Source of the DNA: an uncultured Desulfobacterales bacterium
Lineage (GTDB): Bacteria > Desulfobacterota > DSM-4660 > Desulfatiglandales > JALVZP01
NCBI GenBank assembly: GCA_964513995.1
Contig: CAZEOQ010000004.1
Span: forward strand, 23,719-87,718
Direction: 5' to 3'
DNA: 64,000 nt
The position numbers and the translations under genes were made by a program. Shown here piece by piece: positions 1 through 9,001 of the stretch. How positions within the stretch are numbered: the stretch's first letter is position 1; each line of letters starts with the position of its first letter. Under the pieces are notes generated by a model. It was not told the DNA's origin. It ran no database searches and saw nothing but the letters and a program-made list of their open reading frames with translations.

Positions 1-264
1 AGGGTAAAACCTTATTATCTCTTTTATCCAGACTATGTAAAAGGGACTTCTCATTTTTGGACGAGTATAGAAGTTGGTTTAAAGATAATGGAGAAGATGT
101 ATGGATACATATCAGGACTTTGTATTCCACAGTTTGCTATAGATCTTGTTGGTGGAGGAGGAAAAGTCCCTCTTTTTCCAGAATACATTAAAGAAAAGAG
201 AAGAGACTGCTGGATAATAAGGAATTATGAAGGAAGGATATTCCGTTTTAATCTATATGCATGA
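1..264 (+). CDS. KamA-family radical SAM protein (lysine 2,3-aminomutase-like), C-terminal fragment; 5' end lies outside the window
   Basis: Frame +1 is open from the window edge to TGA at 262-264. The translation VKPYYLFYPDYVKGTSHFWTSIEVGLKIMEKMYGYISGLCIPQFAIDLVGGGGKVPLFPEY matches the conserved C-terminal block of KamA-family enzymes (PYYL..D.v.G..HF ... GGGGK.P). Confidence 0.75.
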   Translation, partial: RVKPYYLFYPDYVKGTSHFWTSIEVGLKIMEKMYGYISGLCIPQFAIDLVGGGGKVPLFPEYIKEKRRDCWIIRNYEGRIFRFNLYA

Positions 265-1318
265 TCATGTATATTCCTAAGAGGAGAAAGAAGAGATTTG
301 CAGACCAGGCAGAGAGAAAAGGAGGCAGAATTCCAGATATTCCAAGTGATCTGAATATACTCATAACAAGAAGGTATGTAAAACAGATAAGGATGCCTAA
401 GGAAACAGCTAAGGGTATGTTGTCTGACTTTAGTTTTAAAGTAGCAGGAATACCTATAAGGACTACTATGATGTTTATAAAAGGAAAAGCAGTCTTTACA
501 TAAGCATCAACAAGATATCTTCTTGCATCATAACCTTCTTCCTCTATCTGTTTTGCAAATCTCTTTAGTTCCCAAAAATTCATTTCTTCTGGCTTTCTTA
601 CAGGTCTTAAGAAGGATTCAGGAGTTTCTGAGATACTTAATTTTAACCTTCTCAATCTTTTAGTAACATACCTTTTTCCACACCTTTCCTGAATCAGGAC
701 ATCTTCTGCTATCCATTCACTTCCATTCCATAATACTTCTTTTGCCTGAATCCTTTTTTTTAAAAAAAATCCTCTTTCAAAAAAATAAAATATAGCCCTT
801 TTCATCCTTCTTCCTTCAAGACATTCTATCCAGTAGATGTAGTTTTTTCCCTTATACCATATATTTCTCCTTCTGAAGAATCTCCTGTATTTTCCTTTTC
901 TTACTTCCTTGTTCCAAACCTCCTGACACATTGAACTTGAATAAGGAACAACTGTTTCAGAGAATAAGAATGAAAAAAGACTCGTAAGAAGAGAAAAAAA
1001 GAAAAAAGGCATAAATATCCTGTAAAGACTTATGCCTGAACTTCTTAGACTTATCAGTTCATTGTTTCTTTTCATCAGTCCAGCTGTAATTATAACTGAA
1101 AGAAGTAGGGAAACAGGAATCAGCTGGCTTATGATAAATGGACTTTTGTAAAAAAAGAATTTTATTATCGTAAACTTTGAGACCTTTGCCTCAATAAAGT
1201 CATCTATCTTTTGAAAGAAGTCCACGACGAGATAAATAAAGAACAAAACCGCATGACATATCATCATGTATCTGAAAACTTCTTTTATGAGATACTTATC
1301 CAGGATCTTTAAAACCAT
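248..1318 (-). CDS. lptG: LPS export ABC permease, LptG-like (YjgP/YjgQ family)
   Basis: 356 aa. The N-terminus (ILDKYLIKEVFRY...) is typical of YjgP/YjgQ permeases, and there are six hydrophobic segments. It is the second of two paralogous permease genes that overlap by 10 nt. Confidence 0.8.
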   Translation of the reverse strand: MVLKILDKYLIKEVFRYMMICHAVLFFIYLVVDFFQKIDDFIEAKVSKFTIIKFFFYKSPFIISQLIPVSLLLSVIITAGLMKRNNELISLRSSGISLYRIFMPFFFFSLLTSLFSFLFSETVVPYSSSMCQEVWNKEVRKGKYRRFFRRRNIWYKGKNYIYWIECLEGRRMKRAIFYFFERGFFLKKRIQAKEVLWNGSEWIAEDVLIQERCGKRYVTKRLRRLKLSISETPESFLRPVRKPEEMNFWELKRFAKQIEEEGYDARRYLVDAYVKTAFPFINIIVVLIGIPATLKLKSDNIPLAVSLGILICFTYLLVMSIFRSLGISGILPPFLSAWSANLFFLLLGIYMIMHID

Positions 1319-2397
1319 CTTTTTTCTGTCTTTTTCAGAGCAATTATATTCAAAATAACCAAAAGGATGTCAGGGATCCATATTCCCACATAAGGAGATA
1401 TAAAACCAGTTTCAGATATGCTTTTTGCTCCTGCAAGCAGTGTGTAATATATGAAAAATACAGCCAATCCTACAGTTATTCCTACAGGCTTGCTTTTTGT
1501 CTTTATTTGCATACCTAAAGGTGCTCCAATCAATCCCATAAGGAAGACTCCAAAAGGAAGTGAGATCCTTTCCATAAGCTCTATTATCATGAGATTCCTC
1601 TTTATAGGATCATTCTCTTCTTTTATACCCTTCAGAAGCTCTGAAAGATCCATCTCTTTAGGCTTCATTTTAAGTATCACATCTTTATCCCTTTTCAGAT
1701 TTAGACTTAGATCATAGCTTTCAAACTGTATTATCCTTACTTTCTCAAAGCTTTTATCAGTAGAAAATAATGTTCCTTTAGAAAAATGAAGTATTACGGC
1801 TTTCTTCCATCTTATTATCCTTGCTTCTTCTGCTATAATTGTAGAAAACTCTTCACTTCTTCTGTCTACTACAAAAACCTTTTTCATGATTTTTTCTTTT
1901 GGAAAAAAGGAATTCACATAGAAGACTATTCCTTTAAAAGGTTCACAAAACATCCTTTCTTTAATTCCAATCTCTGTCTTTTCTTTTAAAAGCCTTATAA
2001 AAATCTTTTTTATCTCCCTGTTTCCCCAAGGAACTGCAAACATGGAAATAGCAAAGGCTAAAGAGGATGAGAAAGCTGAAATGAGGATAACTGGTGGAAG
2101 AAGCTGATAGAAGCTTATTCCTGAAGACTTCAAGGCTATTATCTCATTATCTGAAGATGATTTGAGGAATACTATGAGGACAGATATAAGAAGGGCTGCA
2201 GGAAAGGAAAAAAGAATAACTTCCGGGATGAGTAAAAGGAATATTTTTATTATCTGGGAAATACTTGCACCATATCTTATTGCTGTATCAGTAAATGTAA
2301 ATATCTTTGCTGTAAGGACGACAAATGTAAGGACAGAGAAACACACAAAGACCGTAAAGCTTATTTCTTTTAGGAAATACCTGTATAGGATTTTCAT
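1309..2397 (-). CDS. lptF: LPS export ABC permease, LptF-like (YjgP/YjgQ family)
   Basis: 362 aa. The start MKILYRYFLKEI... is typical of the family, and the protein is polytopic. It sits immediately upstream of the lptG-like paralog. Confidence 0.8.
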   Translation of the reverse strand: MKILYRYFLKEISFTVFVCFSVLTFVVLTAKIFTFTDTAIRYGASISQIIKIFLLLIPEVILFSFPAALLISVLIVFLKSSSDNEIIALKSSGISFYQLLPPVILISAFSSSLAFAISMFAVPWGNREIKKIFIRLLKEKTEIGIKERMFCEPFKGIVFYVNSFFPKEKIMKKVFVVDRRSEEFSTIIAEEARIIRWKKAVILHFSKGTLFSTDKSFEKVRIIQFESYDLSLNLKRDKDVILKMKPKEMDLSELLKGIKEENDPIKRNLMIIELMERISLPFGVFLMGLIGAPLGMQIKTKSKPVGITVGLAVFFIYYTLLAGAKSISETGFISPYVGIWIPDILLVILNIIALKKTEKRWF

Positions 2398-3102
2398 CTA
2401 AAAGAAAAGTTTCTTTCTTCTGAGTTTTCTTACCTCTTCCTTCCAGGTCTTTTTCTTCTTTCCCTTCTTTTCTTTCAGAGGAAATGTCCCTGCAGAAAAT
2501 GCCTCTTCTATTTTCTTCTTCTCCTTCTTCTTTTCTTCTTCTTCAAAAGGTGGTCCAATAATCCATGATTTATTTATCCATTTGCTCAGATAAAGTTCTC
2601 CAAACTTAAAAAAGACACTTCCATCTTCTTCTGCCTTATGAGCTATGACTTCTAAAAGAATAGGTTTACTGTCTTTTCTTTTTCCTATCCTGAAAGCCAT
2701 ATCTTTTGATTCAGAAAGGATAAGGAATGAGTCAGAAGGGGCTATAAGACCATTCTTTAAGACAAAAGGATAAGCTCTTCTTCTTATGCATGTATAAAGG
2801 AGTTTTGGGATTTCAGAAGCTGGATTTTCAAGGTCTAATTTCCAGTCAAATCCTTTTAATCTTATCCTGTTTTCCTGAATCTCAAGCTCTTCTCTTAAAG
2901 AAGGCTCTGTTAATATGAGTTCTCTTATGTGTGATTCCCTTACATAGGTAAGACCTTCTTCATGAAGTGCTTGAATAAGCTCTTTTAATTTTACAAATCC
3001 TTCCCTGTCAGGTAAAAGTCCAAATTCATCAGGTCTTTTTCCAAGTATGTAAAAGATCATTTTTTTTAGTGTCTCTTTCCTAAACTCTTCCCTTTTACTC
3101 AT
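2398..3102 (-). CDS. Divergent Tpt1/KptA-like (RNA 2'-phosphotransferase fold) protein with a Lys-rich C-terminal tail
   Basis: The protein is collinear with E. coli KptA. FYILGKRPDEFGLLPDREGFVKLKELI aligns with [26 protein letters not shown]. IRLKG aligns with IRAVQGHS. LLYTCIRRRAYPFVLKNGLIAPSDSFLILS aligns with [30 protein letters not shown]. The R-H dyad is replaced by G-K. The tail reads EEEEKKKEKKK...GKKKKTWKEEVRKLRRKK. Confidence 0.6.
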   Translation of the reverse strand: MSKREEFRKETLKKMIFYILGKRPDEFGLLPDREGFVKLKELIQALHEEGLTYVRESHIRELILTEPSLREELEIQENRIRLKGFDWKLDLENPASEIPKLLYTCIRRRAYPFVLKNGLIAPSDSFLILSESKDMAFRIGKRKDSKPILLEVIAHKAEEDGSVFFKFGELYLSKWINKSWIIGPPFEEEEKKKEKKKIEEAFSAGTFPLKEKKGKKKKTWKEEVRKLRRKKLFF

Positions 3103-3782
3103 ACTCTTATCCTCTCTTTTCCAGAGTATACGATAATCCCATCTTTTGCCAGACTTATAAGAGATAATCTTATCTTTTCAGAAAAAAGGATAGCCATGGA
3201 AGTAGGTCTTGAAACAGCAAAGACTATCTTTATTCCTGTCTTTGATATCTTCTTTACCATTTCAAAGCTTATCCTTGATGAAAGAACAGCCAAGAAGACA
3301 TCATCTATTTTATCTTCCAAAAGAGCCTTTCCAATTGCCTTATCAAGTGCATTATGTCTTGCAACATCTTCTGAAAAAGAGATAGGTTCAAGTTTATACG
3401 AAAAAAGCATTACTGCATGAGATGCCCTTGTTCTTTTTCTGAGCTTTTGCCTTTCTTCCATTTCCTTTAAACAGCTTATCAGCTCTTCAAGACTTACCCT
3501 CCCTTCTCTATTCCAACTTTTCTCTCTAACAGACAGAGACTTAACTTTTACTTTAGCCTCCTCATTTTTGACCTCAAAAGAGATAATCTCTTTCTTGTCT
3601 TTTATGATTCCTTCTGTAAAACAGAATCCTAAAATAAGAGGCAGATCTTCACCAGGTGTCCTGAAAAATGTCCTGTATTTTTTTTCGTTCACATAAAAGT
3701 CAAGTGGCTCCTCTTCTATTACTTCTTCTATCTTCTTTTGAACAGCATCTTTTGAAATCAGATATACTTTATGCTTCATCAA
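3099..3782 (-). CDS. fdhD: FdhD-like formate dehydrogenase accessory protein (short form)
   Basis: 227 aa. Recognisable FdhD blocks are EEPLDFYVNEKKYRTFFRTPGEDLPLILGFCFTEGII, HAVMLF, DVARHNALDKAIG and VLSSRISFEMVKKISKTGIKIVFAVSRPTSMAI. The canonical SSCGVCG loop is not visible. Confidence 0.75.
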   Translation of the reverse strand: MMKHKVYLISKDAVQKKIEEVIEEEPLDFYVNEKKYRTFFRTPGEDLPLILGFCFTEGIIKDKKEIISFEVKNEEAKVKVKSLSVREKSWNREGRVSLEELISCLKEMEERQKLRKRTRASHAVMLFSYKLEPISFSEDVARHNALDKAIGKALLEDKIDDVFLAVLSSRISFEMVKKISKTGIKIVFAVSRPTSMAILFSEKIRLSLISLAKDGIIVYSGKERIRV

Positions 3783-5118
3783 CTTCCTTAAGTTTCCTTA
3801 TTATGTTATCCTTTAACCAGTGATAGTCCAGCCATTCTTCTGGATTTACAAATATTCCGTTTACGATGATGCTGAAATGAAGATGATCTCCTCCTGCAAG
3901 ACCAGTCTGACCTGTTATCCCTATGATTTGACCTTTTTTCACTTCTTGTCCAACTTTTACATTTATTTTGCTCAGATGTCCGTATAAAGAAAACAGTCCT
4001 TGTCCGTGATCAAGGATAACTGTAAATCCGTATATTCCAAGTATTCCTGCAAATATGACCCTTCCATTATTTGATGCTGGAACTTCTGTATTTGCAACAG
4101 ATGCAAGATCTAAGCCAAGGTGAACCTCTTTGTCTATGAGTTTTCCCTTATAAAAATAAGACCTGTAATCAGCAAATCTTGCAGTGCACTTTGCTCTTTT
4201 AAGACATATCCACCTTCCTTCCCAGAGTCTTTTCTTAGATGTCTTTTTCAGAAGCTTTCTTAAGAATAAATTATTCTCTCTTCTTAACTCCCTGTTTATC
4301 TTTAAGAAATTCTCTATGTCGCTTTTTTTTGGATCAAGGTTGTAAAATGAGAAAAATGGAAGAACTTTTTTCAAAAACCTTTCTGTAACGATTATCCTAT
4401 CCTTCCTAAATCTTTTCTTCTTTATCCTGTAATAAAAATAAGAAACAGACTCATTTCCTGCCTTATCTTTTGCCCATATATAAAAATCCACAGGAAGCTT
4501 AATGTCATAAGGAATTGCAATGTATGCCACACAAAATATCCCTTCTTTCAAGCATCTCACAGGATATCCTGGAAAGAAGATGTTATTCAAATATATTCCA
4601 CTTTCAGTTGTATCTGGTGAAACCTCGTATGTTATAACCCCTGATCCTCCTATGGTAAAATAATTCAGCCTGCTTATAGGTCTTATACTTGGTGGTATGG
4701 TATCTAAGATTATCTCCTCAGTAAAAGTAGAGACATTTCTCCTTCTTGAATAATCACATACAGATATCTTAAGAAGAAGGCTTCCTTGAGGCAATTCCAG
4801 ATACTTTGGATCCAGCCTTATCTTTTCCCTTATCCTGTGGACTCCATTTATGTTCAAGATGCCTTTATAAGGAAATCTTTTCTGAAATATAAGAAACCTT
4901 TCATTTCCTTTAAGTATCTCTGCCTTTATACTCCTTATCCCCATTTTCCTGTCTTCACAGATAACGGTTATATCTTTTGGTTTTGAAATATACCTTGGAA
5001 TCTCTTCAACCTTTATAAAAGGGGCTTCATTTTCATATATCCTGAAAAGAAGAAAAAAGAGGATCAATACAGAAACTGCTAAAATAAAATAAAGGAACCT
5101 TTTTCTTTTTCCTCTCAT
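3769..5118 (-). CDS. M23-family metallopeptidase, membrane-anchored
   Basis: There is an N-terminal transmembrane segment. The C-terminal LytM/M23 motifs are HLGLDLAS, DHGQGLFSLYGHLS and GQTGLAGGDHLHFSI. Confidence 0.85.
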   Translation of the reverse strand: MRGKRKRFLYFILAVSVLILFFLLFRIYENEAPFIKVEEIPRYISKPKDITVICEDRKMGIRSIKAEILKGNERFLIFQKRFPYKGILNINGVHRIREKIRLDPKYLELPQGSLLLKISVCDYSRRRNVSTFTEEIILDTIPPSIRPISRLNYFTIGGSGVITYEVSPDTTESGIYLNNIFFPGYPVRCLKEGIFCVAYIAIPYDIKLPVDFYIWAKDKAGNESVSYFYYRIKKKRFRKDRIIVTERFLKKVLPFFSFYNLDPKKSDIENFLKINRELRRENNLFLRKLLKKTSKKRLWEGRWICLKRAKCTARFADYRSYFYKGKLIDKEVHLGLDLASVANTEVPASNNGRVIFAGILGIYGFTVILDHGQGLFSLYGHLSKINVKVGQEVKKGQIIGITGQTGLAGGDHLHFSIIVNGIFVNPEEWLDYHWLKDNIIRKLKEVDEA

Positions 5119-5178
5119 TTTCCTCTTGCCTTAGACAATTTTTTATAGCAAATCAAAAATAAAAAAGGAACTTTAAAG

Positions 5179-5628
5179 ATGAGACAGATAGGAGTTATAG
5201 GAGCATCAGAATGTCCTTATCATGTTTATAAGATAGCAGAAGATATAGGAAGAAAGATAGCCAGAAAAGGATGGATACTTATATGTGGAGGGCTTGGAGG
5301 AGTTATGGAAGCAGCTTCAAAAGGATGCAGTATGGAAGGAGGAATAACTGTTGGGATACTTCCTGGAAAAGAAAAAAAAGAAGCAAATCCTTACATAAAG
5401 ATCCCTATACCAACAGGACTTTCTGAAGGAAGGAATCTTATAATCATAAACTGTTCTGATCTTCTCATTGCAATAGGAGGAGGATACGGAACCCTTTCTG
5501 AAATAGGATTTGCACTGAAGTCAGGAAAGCCTGTTATAGGAATAAACACATGGAAAAACATTCCAGGAATACACTATGTTGAAGATCCAGAAGATGCAAT
5601 ATCTTTAGCAGAGAAACTTCTTGGATAG
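5179..5628 (+). CDS. TIGR00725 / LOG-family Rossmann-fold protein
   Basis: 149 aa. IGVIGAS...ICGGLGGVMEAASKGC...GGITVGILPG...IAIGGGYGTLSEI is the characteristic LOG/TIGR00725 pattern. Confidence 0.75.
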   Translation: MRQIGVIGASECPYHVYKIAEDIGRKIARKGWILICGGLGGVMEAASKGCSMEGGITVGILPGKEKKEANPYIKIPIPTGLSEGRNLIIINCSDLLIAIGGGYGTLSEIGFALKSGKPVIGINTWKNIPGIHYVEDPEDAISLAEKLLG

Positions 5629-6909
5629 GTATCTTATCCTGTCTGATATTTCCTCTACATCCAGAGTAATTATCTTTTTATCTCTCATAACAATTCTTCC
5701 TTTAACTATAACATCTCTTATGTTTCCTCCATTTGAAGAATAGACAACTGCTGTTATTGGATCGTATAAGGGATTCATATACGGGACAGAGAGATCTAAG
5801 GTTATAATATCAGCTGATTTTCCAACTTCTATGGACCCTATCTCATTTTCCATTCCAAGGACCTTTGCTCCTGAAATCGTCATCATGTCAAACAAGGTCT
5901 TGCTGTCTAAGAAGGAAGGATCTCCTTCACTTATCTTTGCAAGCCTTCCAGCCATTTCTATTTCACACAGAAGATTCAGATTATTATTAGAAGCACAACC
6001 GTCTGTTCCTATTCCAACTGTTACTTTTTTCTCAAGGAATTTCTTCACAGGAAATATACCTGATGCAAGTTTCATGTTACTTTCAGGGACATGAACGACT
6101 TTTGTGTTTCTTTTTGCCAAAAGCTCTACTTCTTTTTCATCCACATGTATTACATGAACACATATGAGGTCTTCCTTAAGTATTCCTATCTCATCAAGAT
6201 AAAAAACAGGTCTTTTTTTCTTTTTACTTACTATCTCTGATACCTCTTCATGAGTTTCAGAAAGGTGAATCATAAGAGGAACTTCGTATTTCTCGCACAG
6301 TTTTTTTGCACCTCTCAGTGTATCTTCAGAACAGCTATAAGGGCTATGACAGAATACAGAAGGAATTATGAGATCAGAATGTTTTCTCCATCTTTCCAGA
6401 AATTCTTCTGCTTTAAAAAGATTCTTTTCTGGATCAGGAATGTCTGGAGTAGGAAAATCAGCTATTCCTTGACCAACAATACCTCTGAGACCTGCTTTTA
6501 AAAGAGCTTTTATTGTCTCTTCCTGAAAGAAATAACCATCAGCTATACATGTTGTCCCAAAAGAGATAAGTTCTGCACATCCAAGAAGTGCACCAGTATA
6601 AACTGTTTCAGGATTCATTTTCTTTTTTTCCAAAGGAAATATCACCTCAAACAGCCATTTTCTTAGAGGAAGATCATCTGAGATCCCTCTAAAAAGTGTC
6701 ATGGGAAGATGCGTATGGCAGTTTATAAGACCAGGCATGACAATGCAGTTTCCTGCATCAATAAAATCCTTGAATTCTATCTCAGGATCTAAGAAATCTG
6801 AAATCTCTTTTATCTTTCCGTCTTTTACCAGTATGTATTTATCCCTGAGGATCTTTTCTTTTGTGCTGATAAGGATTCCTGCCTTTATCACAAGATCAAA
6901 TTTTTTCAT
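5605..6909 (-). CDS. mtaD: Amidohydrolase, 5-methylthioadenosine/S-adenosylhomocysteine deaminase-like
   Basis: 434 aa. GLINCHTHLPMTLFRGISDDLPLRKWL, HLSET, GTDGCASNNN and a C-terminal beta-sandwich are typical of MtaD/TrzA-class deaminases. Confidence 0.8.
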   Translation of the reverse strand: MKKFDLVIKAGILISTKEKILRDKYILVKDGKIKEISDFLDPEIEFKDFIDAGNCIVMPGLINCHTHLPMTLFRGISDDLPLRKWLFEVIFPLEKKKMNPETVYTGALLGCAELISFGTTCIADGYFFQEETIKALLKAGLRGIVGQGIADFPTPDIPDPEKNLFKAEEFLERWRKHSDLIIPSVFCHSPYSCSEDTLRGAKKLCEKYEVPLMIHLSETHEEVSEIVSKKKKRPVFYLDEIGILKEDLICVHVIHVDEKEVELLAKRNTKVVHVPESNMKLASGIFPVKKFLEKKVTVGIGTDGCASNNNLNLLCEIEMAGRLAKISEGDPSFLDSKTLFDMMTISGAKVLGMENEIGSIEVGKSADIITLDLSVPYMNPLYDPITAVVYSSNGGNIRDVIVKGRIVMRDKKIITLDVEEISDRIRYLSKKFLC

Positions 6910-6960
6910 AGACTGCTTTTTTCTGTTATGTATAATTTTATTTCAAAAAAAGGAGGATCT

Positions 6961-8277
6961 ATGGCAACCTTTAGACCTTTTAGAGGTATTACATATAATT
7001 TTGAAAAGTTCAAGAAAGACATCTCAAAGCTTTTAACTCCACCATATGATGTTATCTCTCAAGAAGAACAGGAATACTATTACAGACAGAGTCCATACAA
7101 TGTAATAAGGATTATCCTTGGAAAAGAGAAAATAGGGGATACAGACTGGGATAACAAATATACTCGTGCAGCAGAATATTTCAGAAGATGGCAAGAAGAA
7201 AAGATCCTTATAAGAGCTGATTCCCCTTCAATCTATGTAACATCTATCCTATACAGCATAGAAGGAAAGGTAAGACAGAGATGGGGCTTTATTGGATTGG
7301 TAAAGATAGAAGATGATTATATAATTCCTCATGAAAGGACATTTTCTGCACATAAAGAAGATAGACTGAGACTTATGAAGGCGTGCAGTGCTCAGCTAAG
7401 TCAGGTATTCGGACTTTATAGTGATCCAGAAAATGTGATATTAAAAAAAGTCATTGAGCAGATAGACATAGAAAATCCTGTATTGGATTTTGAGTTCATA
7501 GACAATACAAGACATAGGATGTGGATTATAAAAAACAGACCTGAGTTCTTCAAGCAGATCTCTGATCTTATGAAGGATAAGAAGATAATAATTGCAGATG
7601 GACATCACAGATACGAGACTGCAAAGCTTTTCAGGGACATGATGAGACTTAGATATGAAAGAAAGCCATCTGATAGATCATATGAATTCATAATGATGTA
7701 TCTCAGCAATATAGATGATGAGGGAATTACGATTCTTCCATCTCATAGACTGATAAAGAAGGCAAATTTTGAACTCAGAGATTTCTTAAAGAGGATGGAA
7801 TTTTATTTTGAGATAAAAGAAGAATCAGATGAAAAGATAAAGGAAAAGCTTTTGAAGTATGGAAAGGAAAGGACGGCTATTGGTTTTGTCTGTTCAAATT
7901 CTGATAACATTTATCTTTTTATTGCCAAGGCTAAAGCAATTGAATCAATGGACGATCTTCATCCTTCATTAAAGAAACTTGATGTTACTGTCCTTTCAAA
8001 GGTCATTTTTCAAAAAATACTTGGATTCTCAAAGGAAGACTTAGATAATGACAAGCTGTTTCATTATACGACAGAGATATCTGATGCTATAAGAAGGGTG
8101 AGGAGAGGAGAATATCAGATGGCTTTTCTTTTGAATCCAACAAAGATAGAGCAAATAAAAGAGATAGCTGAGAATAGATTGATCATGCCAAGAAAATCAA
8201 CTTACTTTTATCCAAAGATCCTTACAGGATTAGTCTTTAACAAGATAGATCCAAATGAAGTCATATCTATCACATAG
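6961..8277 (+). CDS. DUF1015 family protein
   Basis: MATFRPFRGITYN...LLTPPYDVIS...IADGHHRYETA are DUF1015 hallmarks. I prefer the ATG at 6961 because AGGAGG sits 6 nt upstream. The ORF-track start at 6928 has no Shine-Dalgarno sequence. Confidence 0.8.
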   Translation: MATFRPFRGITYNFEKFKKDISKLLTPPYDVISQEEQEYYYRQSPYNVIRIILGKEKIGDTDWDNKYTRAAEYFRRWQEEKILIRADSPSIYVTSILYSIEGKVRQRWGFIGLVKIEDDYIIPHERTFSAHKEDRLRLMKACSAQLSQVFGLYSDPENVILKKVIEQIDIENPVLDFEFIDNTRHRMWIIKNRPEFFKQISDLMKDKKIIIADGHHRYETAKLFRDMMRLRYERKPSDRSYEFIMMYLSNIDDEGITILPSHRLIKKANFELRDFLKRMEFYFEIKEESDEKIKEKLLKYGKERTAIGFVCSNSDNIYLFIAKAKAIESMDDLHPSLKKLDVTVLSKVIFQKILGFSKEDLDNDKLFHYTTEISDAIRRVRRGEYQMAFLLNPTKIEQIKEIAENRLIMPRKSTYFYPKILTGLVFNKIDPNEVISIT

Positions 8278-8986
8278 GGTATATCTTGAGCCAGATGAAG
8301 AGATAGACTTCTTTCTGAACGGTAAGATAAAGATAATTCAGTCAAAACACGGATACAGGTTTTCTGTAGATGCTGTTTTTCTTTCAAGATTTGCTACAGT
8401 AAGAAAAGGGGATACGGTAGTAGATCTTGGAACTGGATGTGGAATAATTCTTCTTTTGCTCCTTTACAGGGAAAAAGATATATCTGTTGCAATAGGACTT
8501 GAGATTCAAAAAGAGCTTGCTTCTCAAGCATACAGAAATTCTATTCTCAATGGATTTGAAAAGAAGATGCACATAATTGTAGGAGACATAAGAAGACCTC
8601 CTTTTTCTGCAGAATTTGCTGATCTCGTTGTCTGCAATCCTCCTTACAGACCAGTAAAAAGTGGAAGGATAAATCCTGACATATCAAAAGCTATAGCAAG
8701 ACATGAGATACTTCTGTCCTTAGATGACATCATAAATACATCCCGCAGGATACTTAAGAAAAAAGGAAGACTCTGTCTTATTTATCCTGCAGAAAGGATG
8801 GCAGAGGTAATAGCAAAACTTAAAAAGGGAGGTTTTGAGATAAAGAGGGTCCAGATAGCTTATCCTGATCTTTCTTCAAGAGCAAGTCTTGTCCTTATTG
8901 AATCATATCTTGGAGCAAAACCAGGGCTTATAATAGAACCTCCTATTGTTGGGCAAGGTGAAAGCTTGTCTTTTAGTGTTCATTAA
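8255..8986 (+). CDS. SAM-dependent N6-adenine methyltransferase, tRNA1(Val) m6A37 (TrmN6/YfiC)-like
   Basis: The SAM-binding motif is VVDLGTGCGII. The amino-methyltransferase motif is VVCNPPY. Size and layout resemble YfiC-type enzymes. The exact start is uncertain. Confidence 0.7.
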   Translation: MKSYLSHRVYLEPDEEIDFFLNGKIKIIQSKHGYRFSVDAVFLSRFATVRKGDTVVDLGTGCGIILLLLLYREKDISVAIGLEIQKELASQAYRNSILNGFEKKMHIIVGDIRRPPFSAEFADLVVCNPPYRPVKSGRINPDISKAIARHEILLSLDDIINTSRRILKKKGRLCLIYPAERMAEVIAKLKKGGFEIKRVQIAYPDLSSRASLVLIESYLGAKPGLIIEPPIVGQGESLSFSVH

Positions 8987-9001
8987 AGTATAAAAGCCAG
9001 T

